In this document: positions 26,094 through 36,512 of the stretch, one piece after another
How the letters are laid out: each line of letters starts with the position of its first letter
Position numbering within the stretch: position 1 is the stretch's first letter
Source of the DNA: an archaeon
GTDB lineage: Archaea > Nanobdellota > Nanobdellia > Pacearchaeales > GW2011-AR1
DNA length: 64,000 nt
Direction of reading: 5' to 3'
Assembly: GCA_018651925.1 (NCBI GenBank)
Contig: JABIDC010000011.1
Location: forward strand, 9,064-73,063
Position numbers and translations under genes: made by a program
Notes under the pieces: model-generated
What the model saw: the letters and a program-made list of their open reading frames with translations, nothing else
Told to the model about the DNA's origin: nothing
Databases searched by the model: none

Positions 26094-27461
26094 TTACTTT
26101 TTCTTTCTTTTAACAACCTTTCTTATCTTTTTTTTCTTCGCTTTTTTACTCTTTTTTCTTTTAAAACTAACCTTAAAATAATTCAAGACCACAAAAATGA
26201 TCAAAACAATCAAAACAATAATCCCCATTGCTATTGGAATCCCCCACTTCGAAGACAAAGCATTTCTTACCCGATAAGTTATTGCTTCTGGAGAGAAATC
26301 ATCAGTACCAAAATCCTCACTAAAAAACTCTTTATCTCCTTCAGGAGATTCTTCTTCACTAGCCCCATCACTTTTACTTGTACCATCTTTTTCCGGAGAT
26401 TGATATATTCCATCCAAAGAATAATTCAAATCTTCAGATTCATTTGTATCATTAACCTCTTCGATTTCTTTTTTAGTAGTTGAAGAGCTTTTAGAAGGAA
26501 TTACTGCAAGAATTCCATCATCAATCATGATTGGCACAGCAGTTGAATTCGAAATGCAACTCGAATTATCAAAACCAGAACAATCATTTAAACAAGTTAA
26601 ATTTCCCGAAACAAAACCCAAACTAATACAAGTAGAATCACTTAAATTTTCTAAATCACAAACCTCAGAATTTCCAGAATTAATAATTGAATCTCCACAA
26701 AAAGAACCAGTTAAAGTAATATTAAGACATTCATCTGAGCAATAAGTACAATTTTCTCCATAACTTGAATTGCAAGAAACCCCATTACTATTTGTGCCCA
26801 AATCACATTCTTCTCCTGAATCAACATTACCATTTCCACAACTTGAAGCTAAAGAAATAGAACAAGTTCCAACTCCAAAATTCTCTTCACAAACTTTTCC
26901 CTCTTCACAAGCAGGAGCGCCAGTAACATTAACACAATCTGCGAGACACGAAGAACAAGTTTCATCGAGATCGCAAGTTCCATCTCCACAATAAGAAGCA
27001 GGAGTATAAGTTAAAATAATAATTTCGCAATCTTCACTACAATAATTACAATTAGAACTAGAATTATCGCAGACATCCCCGTTAGAACCCCCATTATCAC
27101 ACTCTTCCATAACTCCATCATAACCATTTCCACAAACATCTGGCATACAACAAGTATCTCCCGCAGAAACAACCTCTTTAGGAGTAAATGATCCTGGATC
27201 AAAAACATCATATTCGCAAGAATCGCTAGAAACATAATTATTTCCAATACACTCCATTAAACAAACACCCCCATTCAAATCACAGATACTTCCAATCGTT
27301 TGTCCAGTTAAAGGCAACTCTCCAAAAAAAAGATAGCTTGTGAAATCATCAACTCCTTCAAATAAAAAAAATCCAATTATTCCAACAACCAAAACCATTC
27401 CTAAAATTAAACTTACTTTAAGAGCCATATCTTTCTTTAACCTCATATTATTTTTAAACAA
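26094..27461 (-). CDS. Cys-rich surface protein with DUF4215 (Myxococcus-type cysteine-rich) repeats; N- and C-terminal TM segments (paralogue 1)
   Basis: The repeats CGNGYDGVMEECDNGGSNGD, CGDGTCDLDETCSSCLADC and CGNGNVDSGEECDLG match the CGNG....GEECDDGN..DGDGCS..C pattern. An acidic Ser/Glu linker leads to a C-terminal TM helix and a poly-Lys tail. Confidence 0.7.
   Translation of the reverse strand: MFKNNMRLKKDMALKVSLILGMVLVVGIIGFFLFEGVDDFTSYLFFGELPLTGQTIGSICDLNGGVCLMECIGNNYVSSDSCEYDVFDPGSFTPKEVVSAGDTCCMPDVCGNGYDGVMEECDNGGSNGDVCDNSSSNCNYCSEDCEIIILTYTPASYCGDGTCDLDETCSSCLADCVNVTGAPACEEGKVCEENFGVGTCSISLASSCGNGNVDSGEECDLGTNSNGVSCNSSYGENCTYCSDECLNITLTGSFCGDSIINSGNSEVCDLENLSDSTCISLGFVSGNLTCLNDCSGFDNSSCISNSTAVPIMIDDGILAVIPSKSSSTTKKEIEEVNDTNESEDLNYSLDGIYQSPEKDGTSKSDGASEEESPEGDKEFFSEDFGTDDFSPEAITYRVRNALSSKWGIPIAMGIIVLIVLIIFVVLNYFKVSFKRKKSKKAKKKKIRKVVKRKKK
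26846..26917 (-). repeat. 72-nt patch shared with 28719..28790 (paralogues 1 and 2)
   Basis: A 52-nt identical core (gaagctaaagaaatagaacaagttccaactccaaaattctcttcacaaactt) encodes part of the shared peptide EEGKVCEENFGVGTCSISLASSCGNG. Confidence 0.85.
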
Positions 27462-27523
27462 AATAGTATTTATAAAAGTTTATCTTAAAAAAAGTTTAAA
27501 AAGTTTAAAAAATAAGAAATACT

Positions 27524-28021
27524 ATGATAGGAATAGAAGTTATAGCAATAATTATCTTAGGAGTAATTCTCTTAATTCTTTTAATCTTAAAATTCATTGA
27601 AAGTCATCTTTCAAAAGAAGTGGTAATTGCAAAAACAAAAAGAGATGAACTTTATCAAAAAGAATTAGACAACTTAAATCTAACAGAAAAAGATACCATG
27701 AAAAAAATAGATTCTATTGCAAGAAATTTTTTCTACGAAGCCTATAATTTTAATATGAAAGAATATTCTGAGATGGAAGAAAAATTTAAAGAAATGAAAA
27801 ATAAAAACGGAATAAAATTCTGTAAAATTATGGAAAAGAATGACTATTCTACAGAAGAGATAACTTCAGAAGAAAAAGAGAAATTAAAAGGGCTTCTTCG
27901 TGAAATAACAAAGAAAACCCATATCATCTCAAAAATTGAAACTCCTAAAGAAGAATTGATTAAGAAAGAAAAATTAAAAAAGACTAAAGCAACAGAAGAT
28001 AAAAAAGAAATTAAAAAATAA
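27524..28021 (+). CDS. N-anchored Lys/Glu-rich coiled-coil protein, hypothetical
   Basis: An N-terminal TM helix (VIAIIILGVILLILLILKF) followed by charged helical sequence. It is the only plus-strand gene inside the 26-38.6 kb minus-strand block. Confidence 0.5.
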   Translation: MIGIEVIAIIILGVILLILLILKFIESHLSKEVVIAKTKRDELYQKELDNLNLTEKDTMKKIDSIARNFFYEAYNFNMKEYSEMEEKFKEMKNKNGIKFCKIMEKNDYSTEEITSEEKEKLKGLLREITKKTHIISKIETPKEELIKKEKLKKTKATEDKKEIKK

Positions 28022-28024
28022 AAC

Positions 28025-29314
28025 TTATTTAATCTCATTCTTACCATTCGTTTTTGCAGGAAATAAAATCCTTCGAGTTAATTTTTCCCAGAAAGAGAAA
28101 TGGAATTTTCTCATAACAAAGAAGACTGCAAAGATTAATACGATTAAAACTACTATTTTTACAAATAAATAATCTGAAGCAGAAAGGATATTCTCAATTG
28201 TTCCAATTTCTCCTCCAGGAGAAATATCTGAATCTTCTCTTCCAACCTCTTGACCTGAATCCATGGAAGAGTCATTTACTCCATCATCTGTTGAATCTAA
28301 CCCCGAACTTGAATCAGTTGGAGAATAAGTATTATTTGATTGTTCTCCAGAAGCAACACAACAAATTAAAGAAACACCATAATCTTCTGTACATTTATCA
28401 TCTGAAAATTCTTCCCCATAATGAACATCTCCCTCAATACATATTGAAGCACAAGTTCCATTAACCTCTAAACAAGTTTTTCTAACAGGAGATAAACTTT
28501 CATCCCCTCCTTCCCTTCCATCTGCTACATTAATCGAAGTAAGATTATCCGAAGTTAAATTTGAAATAGAAAAGGATTTACAATCACCAAAATCAAAAAG
28601 ACAGACATCATTACAAGCTAAATTTCCGGAATTAAATTCTAAACTTTCGCAAGTTTTACCATTAAGATTATTTCCATCACATTCTTCTCCTTCATCAATC
28701 TGCCCATTACCACAACTCGAAGCTAAAGAAATAGAACAAGTTCCAACTCCAAAATTCTCTTCACAAACTTTCCCCTCTTCACAAGCAGGATTTCCAACAA
28801 CTCCCTCACAATCTTCTAAACAGCCAAAACAACTTTCTCCTACATCGCAAACATCATTTCCACAATATTCTTCTACACATTCAGAACTACATCCATCTCC
28901 ATCTTCCGTATTTCCATCATCACATTCTTCTCCCACTCCAAGATGATCATTTCCGCAAGTATCGGGCATACAACAAATGAATCCAGAAACCACTTCCCCT
29001 GTAATCAATACGCTAACTTCCTTTTCATATTTCGTGTCATCAATAGATTGACAACTTAAAGAACTTTCATATTGTCCAGAATTACAAACAGTCTGACAGC
29101 TTCCTCCTGAAGAAGCACAATAATTTATCGAGGAAACTCTTCCAGTCAGTTTATCAAAAAATGAATTATCTTTAACTTCTTGAAAATTAATTAATAAAAT
29201 TCCCAGTAAAAAGATAAAGCCAAAAAGAATAATCTTTTTGTATTTTCTCTTCTTTTTAATTTCTCTTTTCATTTTCTTAAATAGTAAAAACTTCTTTATA
29301 AAATAGATGGACAA
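28025..29314 (-). CDS. Cys-rich surface protein with DUF4215 repeats (paralogue 2)
   Basis: Carries CGNDHLGVGEECDDGNTEDGDGCSSECVEEYCGNDVCDVGESC and CGNGQIDEGEECDG. The C-terminal TM helix and tail are nearly identical to paralogue 3. Confidence 0.72.
   Translation of the reverse strand: MSIYFIKKFLLFKKMKREIKKKRKYKKIILFGFIFLLGILLINFQEVKDNSFFDKLTGRVSSINYCASSGGSCQTVCNSGQYESSLSCQSIDDTKYEKEVSVLITGEVVSGFICCMPDTCGNDHLGVGEECDDGNTEDGDGCSSECVEEYCGNDVCDVGESCFGCLEDCEGVVGNPACEEGKVCEENFGVGTCSISLASSCGNGQIDEGEECDGNNLNGKTCESLEFNSGNLACNDVCLFDFGDCKSFSISNLTSDNLTSINVADGREGGDESLSPVRKTCLEVNGTCASICIEGDVHYGEEFSDDKCTEDYGVSLICCVASGEQSNNTYSPTDSSSGLDSTDDGVNDSSMDSGQEVGREDSDISPGGEIGTIENILSASDYLFVKIVVLIVLIFAVFFVMRKFHFSFWEKLTRRILFPAKTNGKNEIK
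28054..28234 (-). repeat. 181-nt near-identical patch shared with 43780..43960 (3' ends of Cys-rich paralogues 2 and 3)
   Basis: Aligned by eye: 5 substitutions, all transitions, and no indels over 181 nt. The patch encodes DISPGGEIGTIENILSASDYLFVKIVVLI(V/I)LIFAVFFVMRKFHFSFWEKLTRRILFPA. Confidence 0.9.
28719..28790 (-). repeat. Partner copy of the patch at 26846..26917
   Basis: See the partner entry. Confidence 0.85.
28831..28975 (-). repeat. Patch shared with 44512..44656 (DUF4215 repeat region of paralogues 2 and 3)
   Basis: The first 76 nt or so are identical (aactttctcctacatcgcaaacatcatttccacaatattcttctacacattcagaactacatccatctccatcttc). After that there are scattered differences. Confidence 0.85.
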
Positions 29315-29322
29315 TTAAGAAT

Positions 29323-30246
29323 CTATGGAAGATTCAAAAATTTTGTATTCGATAAAAAGAAAATTAATAAGAAACAGATAATTGAAAAAAACAACAAATA
29401 TCTCGAATAATCAACTTTTACTTGTTTCTCATTAAATTGTAAAATCTCATTAAAGGCATTAGTTAGATTATTTTTATCTTGTACATCAAAACTAACTCCC
29501 CCAGTATTAAATGAGAGGGCCTTTAACGTATCTGAATCTAATTTACTTAAAGCCCCATCAAAATATCCTCCTTCAGAAGTCCCCATTGCAATTGTATGAA
29601 CCAACACATCATTTTTATTTGCATAATAAATTGTGTCCTCAATTTCCCCTGAATTAAGTTGGCCATCTGAAATTAATATTACTGCTTTTGAATTCTCTCC
29701 TCGTAAAAGATTAATTGAATTAATTACTGCATCTTCCAAATCAGTTCCCCCCGTAGTTTCAATTTCAATTGAATCAATTGAGTTTTTTGAAAGTAATTTA
29801 TCTTGACTTAATTCATTTATGACAAATGTGCTTCCAGAAAAAGAAACAACTCCTATCTTTGTTCCAATACCACTTGAATCAATAAAATTTTTAGCAGTCT
29901 CTTTTGCCACCGCAATTCTTGTAGGATTCAAATCATCAGAATTCATACTCTGAGAAGAATCAATTGCAATAATAAAAGAAAAATCTGTTGCTTTTGCAGT
30001 TGTTTCAAGTTGCATTCCAGAAAGCGAAAAAACAATTGATAAAATCAAGAGAGAAGAAATAATTAACATTACAATATTTTTTGAAAAGAAATCAATTCCC
30101 TTAATTTTTGCAATTGCATCAAAATTTGCAAATCGCAAAGCAACTTTTCTCTTATAATTTAATGCAAAAAAATGAATTACAAAAAGTAAAGGGATTGCAA
30201 ATAAGAAATACAAATATTGAGGATACAAAAAATATATATTCACCAT
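29323..30246 (-). CDS. BatA-like membrane-anchored von Willebrand factor A (VWA) protein
   Basis: Two N-terminal TM helices, a MIDAS motif (IIAIDSSQSMNSDD), a VWA core (ILISDGQ, VHTIAMG) and a C-terminal TM helix. Confidence 0.8.
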   Translation of the reverse strand: MVNIYFLYPQYLYFLFAIPLLFVIHFFALNYKRKVALRFANFDAIAKIKGIDFFSKNIVMLIISSLLILSIVFSLSGMQLETTAKATDFSFIIAIDSSQSMNSDDLNPTRIAVAKETAKNFIDSSGIGTKIGVVSFSGSTFVINELSQDKLLSKNSIDSIEIETTGGTDLEDAVINSINLLRGENSKAVILISDGQLNSGEIEDTIYYANKNDVLVHTIAMGTSEGGYFDGALSKLDSDTLKALSFNTGGVSFDVQDKNNLTNAFNEILQFNEKQVKVDYSRYLLFFSIICFLLIFFLSNTKFLNLP

Positions 30247-31196
30247 TATCTCTTAAGTAACCTCTCCTTTAAAAAAATTGCCAATTCAACAACAAAATCT
30301 TTATCCGTTGTTAAATCAAGATAGTCCAAATCGCATTTCTTAAAAATATTTTCCACCAGCAACCCTTGCTGAAAAGTATATTTTTCATAAGTAGCTTTTG
30401 CAACTCGAGGATTGATCAAAACTTGTTCATTCGTTCTAATGTCCTCAATTAATACTTCTTCATCGACATCTGGTAAGGACAAATCCAAAGGATCTCGAAC
30501 TCTAATTGCAATTGTTTCAAACCTATTCGAAAGTAAATTCATTCTTTTAGAAGTTTCTTCATTCGCACTTAAAAAATCAGATACAACAATTACTGCCACC
30601 ACAGAACTATCCAAATAATCCATTGCATAATCAATTGCCATATTTATATTACTAGTTCCCCCATATGTTGTGCCATCTTTCATCAAATCAGTAAAACGAT
30701 TAAAATGTTTAAATCCAGATTTAAAGTTTGAATATTCTTTAATTTCATCTCCAAATAAAATAAAACCAATTTTATCATTTGTATTTACTAAAATATGGGA
30801 AAAAGCTGCAGTTAGTTCTGTTGCATATTCACACTTAAGCTTTGGAGTTGAACCAAAAACCATATTATCTCCAACATCAACTAAAAACATAATTTTCAAA
30901 TCTCTCTCTTCTTTATATCTCTTAACAATTGTTCTTCCACTTCGAGAACTTGCTTTCCAATCAATATCCTGGGCATCATCATCTGGACTAAAATCTCGAT
31001 ATCCGTCAAATTCCAAACCCTTCCCCCTAAACATTATTTTAAAAATATCCTGCTTTAAATTAAACTCTTTTAACATTGCGTCTAACTTAGCTATAGCACC
31101 TGCAATATCCACATTTAACTTTCTATCATTATCACCCATTTTATCTAAAACATAGAAGATAAAATTGTTTATGAATGTTTTTATTAAAAAAATCAA
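30246..31196 (-). CDS. DUF58-family protein (MoxR-associated)
   Basis: GLEFDGYRDFSPDDDAQDIDWKASSRSGRTIVKRYKEERDLKIMFLVDVGDNMVFGS is the DUF58 signature. The start may be at 31196 (ATGA overlap with moxR) or at the internal ATG at 31139. Confidence 0.8.
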   Translation of the reverse strand: MIFLIKTFINNFIFYVLDKMGDNDRKLNVDIAGAIAKLDAMLKEFNLKQDIFKIMFRGKGLEFDGYRDFSPDDDAQDIDWKASSRSGRTIVKRYKEERDLKIMFLVDVGDNMVFGSTPKLKCEYATELTAAFSHILVNTNDKIGFILFGDEIKEYSNFKSGFKHFNRFTDLMKDGTTYGGTSNINMAIDYAMDYLDSSVVAVIVVSDFLSANEETSKRMNLLSNRFETIAIRVRDPLDLSLPDVDEEVLIEDIRTNEQVLINPRVAKATYEKYTFQQGLLVENIFKKCDLDYLDLTTDKDFVVELAIFLKERLLKR

Positions 31197-32506
31197 ATAC
31201 TAATAATAGAAAGTATTTCGTCAATGACCTTATCAGAAGTAATTCCCTCGGCATGCGCCTTATAATTCAAAATAATCCGATGTCTCAAAACATAATGAGA
31301 AATTTTCCTAACATCTTCAGGAATAACATAAGTTCTCCCTTGCATCAATGCCCAAGCCTTAGAAGCAATAAACAAAGCAATAGTTGCACGAGGACTTCCT
31401 CCCCAGTCTACAAATTCCCCATAATTAAAATCTTTCTTTCTTGTTTTATGAACAATTTTAACAATATAATCTTTAATTTTATCATCCATGTAAACTTTTT
31501 TTACAACCCCTTGCATTCGAATAATTTTATTCGGATTCAAAACAGGCTGAATTCCAAAATCTTCAAACTTTTTTGTAGTCATATTAGTATCCATAATCTT
31601 CTTTTCATCTTCTGGGCTTTCGGGATACCCCACAATTAATTTAAACAAAAAACGATCAACCTGCGCTTCAGGTAAATCATAAACTCCACTTGACTCTAAA
31701 GGGTTTTCAGTAGCCATAACAAAGAATGGTTGAGGTAATTTATAGGTCTCCTTAGCAATTGTAACTTGCTTCTCCTGCATTGATTCAATTAAAGCCGATT
31801 GAGTTTTAGGAGGACTACGATTAATTTCATCTGCTAAAAGAAAGTTTGCAAAAATAGGTCCTTTTATCGTCTCAAAACCTCTCTCAGGAGTATAAGTTGT
31901 AATTCCAGTAATATCACTAGGTAACAAATCAACTGTAAACTGAATACGCTTAGATTCAGAACCAAGGGCATCTGACATAGATTTTACAAGCAAAGTCTTA
32001 GCAATTCCAGGAACTCCTTCAAGCAAAACATGCCCATTACATAAAATGGCACATAAAACTGCATTAACAGTTTCTTTTTGACCAATTAAAGATTTAGAAA
32101 TTTCATGACGAACTAGTTCAAGTAATCGAGAAACTTCTTTAACTTCCTGGGAAAATTCAGAATCCACTTCGGGTTTTTTCTCCCGATGTAAAACTCTAGA
32201 AGCAATTTTATTTATTTCTCTTTTATCTCTTTCAGGAGAAATTTTTGTGACAGGTAAAGGTTTTATTTTCTTTTCCCCAATAGTTTCTTTTAATTCTTCA
32301 AAAGAAGGCATATCACTTTTTACTGATTCATCAAAATTTAAATTTTTTCCAAAATCTTTAGAAGATTTAACTTCTTCAATTGATTTTTTAATATCTAAAA
32401 TTTTATAACCATTATCTAAAAGCAATTCCTTAATTTCCGAATCACGATATCCCCTACTCAAAGCATCAAGAATCCATTTTTTTGTTTCATCACCAATTCT
32501 TTTCAT
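31193..32506 (-). CDS. MoxR-family AAA+ ATPase with an N-terminal extension of about 130 aa
   Basis: Carries Walker A LLEGVPGIAKTLL, KRIQFTVDLLPSDITG, Walker B LLADEINRSPPKTQSALIESMQE and VMATENP. Confidence 0.9.
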   Translation of the reverse strand: MKRIGDETKKWILDALSRGYRDSEIKELLLDNGYKILDIKKSIEEVKSSKDFGKNLNFDESVKSDMPSFEELKETIGEKKIKPLPVTKISPERDKREINKIASRVLHREKKPEVDSEFSQEVKEVSRLLELVRHEISKSLIGQKETVNAVLCAILCNGHVLLEGVPGIAKTLLVKSMSDALGSESKRIQFTVDLLPSDITGITTYTPERGFETIKGPIFANFLLADEINRSPPKTQSALIESMQEKQVTIAKETYKLPQPFFVMATENPLESSGVYDLPEAQVDRFLFKLIVGYPESPEDEKKIMDTNMTTKKFEDFGIQPVLNPNKIIRMQGVVKKVYMDDKIKDYIVKIVHKTRKKDFNYGEFVDWGGSPRATIALFIASKAWALMQGRTYVIPEDVRKISHYVLRHRIILNYKAHAEGITSDKVIDEILSIISI

Positions 32507-32530
32507 ATTATACTATTACAAAAGATTTTT

Positions 32531-35500
32531 TTAAATACTTTCCTTTTCTCCTTTTTTTAATTTTTCAGCTTCAAAATCCAGAGATGCCTTACTAAGTTTC
32601 ATTCTTCTATAAAAATAAGAGATAATTGTTAAAATAAATATTCCAGCAATAGAACCAAAAACATAAAGATAAATGGAAATATCTGCAGCTGCTTTTTCTT
32701 TTAATTTACTGGTTTGAGAAATAGCTACTTTACATGCATCAACTGCTTGATTAATTTTCTGCATTGCTAATTCTATTTCCCCAGATTCCAAAAGATCTTT
32801 TGCAGAATTAACTAACTCAGTTAACTCAATGCATTCGGGATTTTCCATAACAAATTCTTCAGTAAAAAGCAATCTTTCCTGAACATTTTCATCTTCTTCA
32901 ATAGTTAAATAAAACTTTCCCCAATCTTTATATTCTGGGTCATCAATATCTGCTAAGACTGTAATCTCATAAAGGCCAAGACTCTCCGTATCAATATCTA
33001 TTGTTAATGTAAAATTTTTCTCTTCTCCGGCAAGCAAAGTATCAAAATGAATTTGAGAAAAAGTCATATTAAAATCTTCTCTTGAAACATTATCCTTTAA
33101 AACTAATCCCGATAAATCAATTCCCTTCAAATTTATTTCCCCATCATTAAATAAAGAAATAGGCAAAACAATTTTCTCTTTCTTAAATGCAGAAATTGGA
33201 TCTGGCATAATTAATCTCAAGGAAACAGGTTTTGTAACAGTCCTAGTTGAACTAGATGAACTAGCAGCAGGAGAACTAATTGTTAACTGAACATCAAATT
33301 CATTACTTGTTACATTACTAAGTATTTGGGAATCGTCAGAAGAATTATATTCATAAGCAGTAACAGAAAATCTTGCTTCAGAATTCGAGCTTGCAGTAAA
33401 AGTCACTGAAGGCGTAACCCCGTCAACCCAATTAATCACTGAAGAAGAAACTCCAGATCCAGAAATCGAATTTATTACAAAACGAACAGATTGATTATAA
33501 TAAGAATCACTCGCATCATAATCCGTAAAATAATTTGATAAAGTAATTACTTGAGGAGAACCCCCGATGGCATCAAGAATACTTGTGCTTTGAGTTAAAT
33601 TATGATTAGTATGATTAATAACCAAATCCCAAGAATAAGTCACATTATAATCAGTAGAATTTATCAAATTTTCATTTGAAGGGTAGGCAACCATTGTCAA
33701 ATTAAATATTTCTCCATAAGTTTCATCAGTGAAATTTGGAGCAAAAGACCAAGTATTGTTTGTAGAATTTCCAAATGCAGTTACATTTTGCTTCAAAAAA
33801 CTTTCACTTCCATTTTCAATATAAAATAAATAAGTTAAATCATCCAACACAGAATGATTTACAGAATAAATTATATTTGTTGAAACATTTTCTACTAAAG
33901 AAAAAGATTCAGAAACAGAGGGAAAAATAATTTCAGGAATATCATATACAAACAAATAAAATGAATCATAAGTAAATAAATTTTCTGAATCATTAACAGT
34001 CACATTAATACGATACTTGCCTCCGTGAGTAGAATTAAAATTAAGATTAAAAATTCCAGAACTTGTATTAAATAAACTTTCATTATTAGAAATAAAGTCA
34101 TTACCTTCCAAAAAATTATAAGAATAAACTAAATTTCCAGAACTATCATTTCCATTTTCAACATCTGTAGAATTAATATCATAAGTCCAAGTTCTATTAA
34201 TTCCTGTTGTTTGATTGGTCAAATTATCTAAAACCGGTGCATGATTTATATCATTAATTGTTAAATTAAAATTAATTAAATCGCTTGCATTTCCTTGATC
34301 AGTAATATTTATCGTAACATTATATTTCCCAATATGCTCTTTACCGGGAGTAAATGTTGCATCAAAACGAGTTTGATAATCTTCTGGAGCAAAAGGAGTC
34401 GGGGTTGTGGCTTCTCTATTCTCAGTAAAATTAAATAAATCAACTTCTAACATTGAAGAATAATTAACAAAAGAAATAGTGAAATCAAAACTCTCATTGT
34501 AAAATCCTTTTTCTGATTGATTTGAAGGAATCAGCAAATCATAATCATTCACCCTCAAATAAATTTTTCCTTCATCATCTTCAGAGATATTTATTTCAGA
34601 ATCATCTCCTGCAATAAGAGCATCAACAACATCTAATTCAATAATAGAAAGATCATCAACTAAATTTAAAACAGTAAAATTAAAAGATGTTAAATTAGAA
34701 AGATATCCATCACTAACACTAATTGATACAATATGCTCTCCTACATCTGAATCATTAAAAGTCATATTAACTATCCCAAGATTTGTCATATTCATTGAAG
34801 GAAAAAGATAATCATCTAATGAATAAGAAAAGGTTAATGCATCGTTATCAGAGTCACTCGCATTTAAACTCAAATTTAAATAAAGAGAACCATTTTCATA
34901 ACTTAAAAAAGAAGTATTCAATAATCCATCCCATTGAGGAGCATGATTATCCAAGATAACGATTTCAAAAACTTGAGAAACATTCGTTCCCGCTTTATCT
35001 CCAATTGTAAGATTAATTGAATATGTCCCAGTTTCATTTGAATCTGGAGTAAAAGTTACATGTGCCGTTGTTTTATTTGTGAAATGATTTCCTTCTACGA
35101 CCGGCATAGAATCCACAACAACATTAAATGTTTCATTAACAGTAGAATTAGACGTTAAAATATCTAAATAAAAAGTAATTGTTTCTTCATATCCTCCAAA
35201 AGAATCATTTTTATCTGGAATTAATAAATCGTTATCAAAAACCTCAAAATTAATTGTGGTTTCCAAATCCGAAGAAGTTTCAACATCTGAAATTGTAGAT
35301 AAAACAGGATTTACCTCTAAAGAATCATTTTTATTTACTTGAAGAAAAATTTCTTCATCCACATAAAGGACTTCACTTAAATCAAAAACAGACAAATTAA
35401 TTGACCAATTTCCCACCTCATTTTTTGAAGGAGTCACATTAATTGAAACAGTTTTAATAAAATTACTTGAAGAAGTAGACCCAAGTGCATAGAACCAACT

Positions 35501-36469
35501 AGTATTCAAAATATTATCGTCTGCATAGTTCCTTAATTCAGCATTAGAAACAACGCTCAAAGAATCACTCTCTCCAGGAGTGGTAATATTTACCTCACAA
35601 GTAAATTCTTGAGATTCATTTAAAATTTTATTTTCACAATCACTTGCATTTATTTCCAAATTAGCTTTAATATTGAACACAACCATTTCAGAATAATAAG
35701 TTGTTTTATTTTCTTCATAAGTAGAAGAATCACAATATGAATGAGGGCAAGTTCCATTAAAATCAGTAATACTAATATTTGCATAATAAGTTCCCACATC
35801 ATTTAGGCTAGGAGTAAAATTAATCATCGAAGAAAGGTTATTTGTTTCAGCCACATTAAACCCAAAATCAAACAAAGAACAATTCTCATTTGCAGCTCTG
35901 CCACTCCAAGAAGCATGAGTACAAGTTGAATTAAAATTAACAGAGAAATTCAAAGGATAATGCTCTTCTTCATCAGTCCCATTAAGGAAATAATATTCAT
36001 TTTCATTATGGGACCAATTATAATGAGTTTCTATTTGACTAAATTCTGGATAGTCGTTTGTTGCATTAATTTGAAATTCAAAATCAGTAATAGTGTCATC
36101 TCCACTTGCATTATTTGCTTGTATCGGAATAACAAAAAAACCAGATTGATTATCATAAGTTGCATTAATTGTAAAATTGCCCGTAGTAGAATTTAAAAGC
36201 CTAATCCATTTTGAAACATCACTTTCAGAAACAGCATACGTTCCACTAGCATTTGTCCAATTAATTGGTTGGGTATCAATTGTAAAAGTAATCTCGCTAC
36301 TAAATCCACTAACATTTTTACTAAGATTATGAATATAATAAATATCTTCAGGAGCATGATAAATTACATCTGATCCAATCCATTGAACTCCATAAACAAA
36401 CCCCAAAAACAAAATCCCAAATATCAAAAAACTAAAAATAAATTTATTTTTTTTCGACCCCTTTTCCAT
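32531..36469 (-). CDS. 1312-aa surface protein of repeated cadherin/Ig-like modules, with signal peptide and C-terminal TM anchor
   Basis: An N-terminal hydrophobic signal. Repeated module starts read N.AP.(W/L/F) (NDYPEF, NHAPQW, INHAPVL). The protein is very Asn/Ser/Thr-rich. The C-terminal TM helix IYLYVFGSIAGIFILTIISYFY is followed by RRMK. Confidence 0.7.
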   Translation of the reverse strand: MEKGSKKNKFIFSFLIFGILFLGFVYGVQWIGSDVIYHAPEDIYYIHNLSKNVSGFSSEITFTIDTQPINWTNASGTYAVSESDVSKWIRLLNSTTGNFTINATYDNQSGFFVIPIQANNASGDDTITDFEFQINATNDYPEFSQIETHYNWSHNENEYYFLNGTDEEEHYPLNFSVNFNSTCTHASWSGRAANENCSLFDFGFNVAETNNLSSMINFTPSLNDVGTYYANISITDFNGTCPHSYCDSSTYEENKTTYYSEMVVFNIKANLEINASDCENKILNESQEFTCEVNITTPGESDSLSVVSNAELRNYADDNILNTSWFYALGSTSSSNFIKTVSINVTPSKNEVGNWSINLSVFDLSEVLYVDEEIFLQVNKNDSLEVNPVLSTISDVETSSDLETTINFEVFDNDLLIPDKNDSFGGYEETITFYLDILTSNSTVNETFNVVVDSMPVVEGNHFTNKTTAHVTFTPDSNETGTYSINLTIGDKAGTNVSQVFEIVILDNHAPQWDGLLNTSFLSYENGSLYLNLSLNASDSDNDALTFSYSLDDYLFPSMNMTNLGIVNMTFNDSDVGEHIVSISVSDGYLSNLTSFNFTVLNLVDDLSIIELDVVDALIAGDDSEINISEDDEGKIYLRVNDYDLLIPSNQSEKGFYNESFDFTISFVNYSSMLEVDLFNFTENREATTPTPFAPEDYQTRFDATFTPGKEHIGKYNVTINITDQGNASDLINFNLTINDINHAPVLDNLTNQTTGINRTWTYDINSTDVENGNDSSGNLVYSYNFLEGNDFISNNESLFNTSSGIFNLNFNSTHGGKYRINVTVNDSENLFTYDSFYLFVYDIPEIIFPSVSESFSLVENVSTNIIYSVNHSVLDDLTYLFYIENGSESFLKQNVTAFGNSTNNTWSFAPNFTDETYGEIFNLTMVAYPSNENLINSTDYNVTYSWDLVINHTNHNLTQSTSILDAIGGSPQVITLSNYFTDYDASDSYYNQSVRFVINSISGSGVSSSVINWVDGVTPSVTFTASSNSEARFSVTAYEYNSSDDSQILSNVTSNEFDVQLTISSPAASSSSSTRTVTKPVSLRLIMPDPISAFKKEKIVLPISLFNDGEINLKGIDLSGLVLKDNVSREDFNMTFSQIHFDTLLAGEEKNFTLTIDIDTESLGLYEITVLADIDDPEYKDWGKFYLTIEEDENVQERLLFTEEFVMENPECIELTELVNSAKDLLESGEIELAMQKINQAVDACKVAISQTSKLKEKAAADISIYLYVFGSIAGIFILTIISYFYRRMKLSKASLDFEAEKLKKGEKESI

Positions 36470-36512
36470 ATGTAAAATAATAAAAATTACTTAATAAAGT
36501 TATTTATCTTCC

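Noticed and set aside
30412-31639. Plus-strand ORFs 30412..30618, 30670..31155 and 31175..31639
   Set aside because: They are antisense to the DUF58 and MoxR genes. The products are Ser/Ile/Phe-rich with no motifs.
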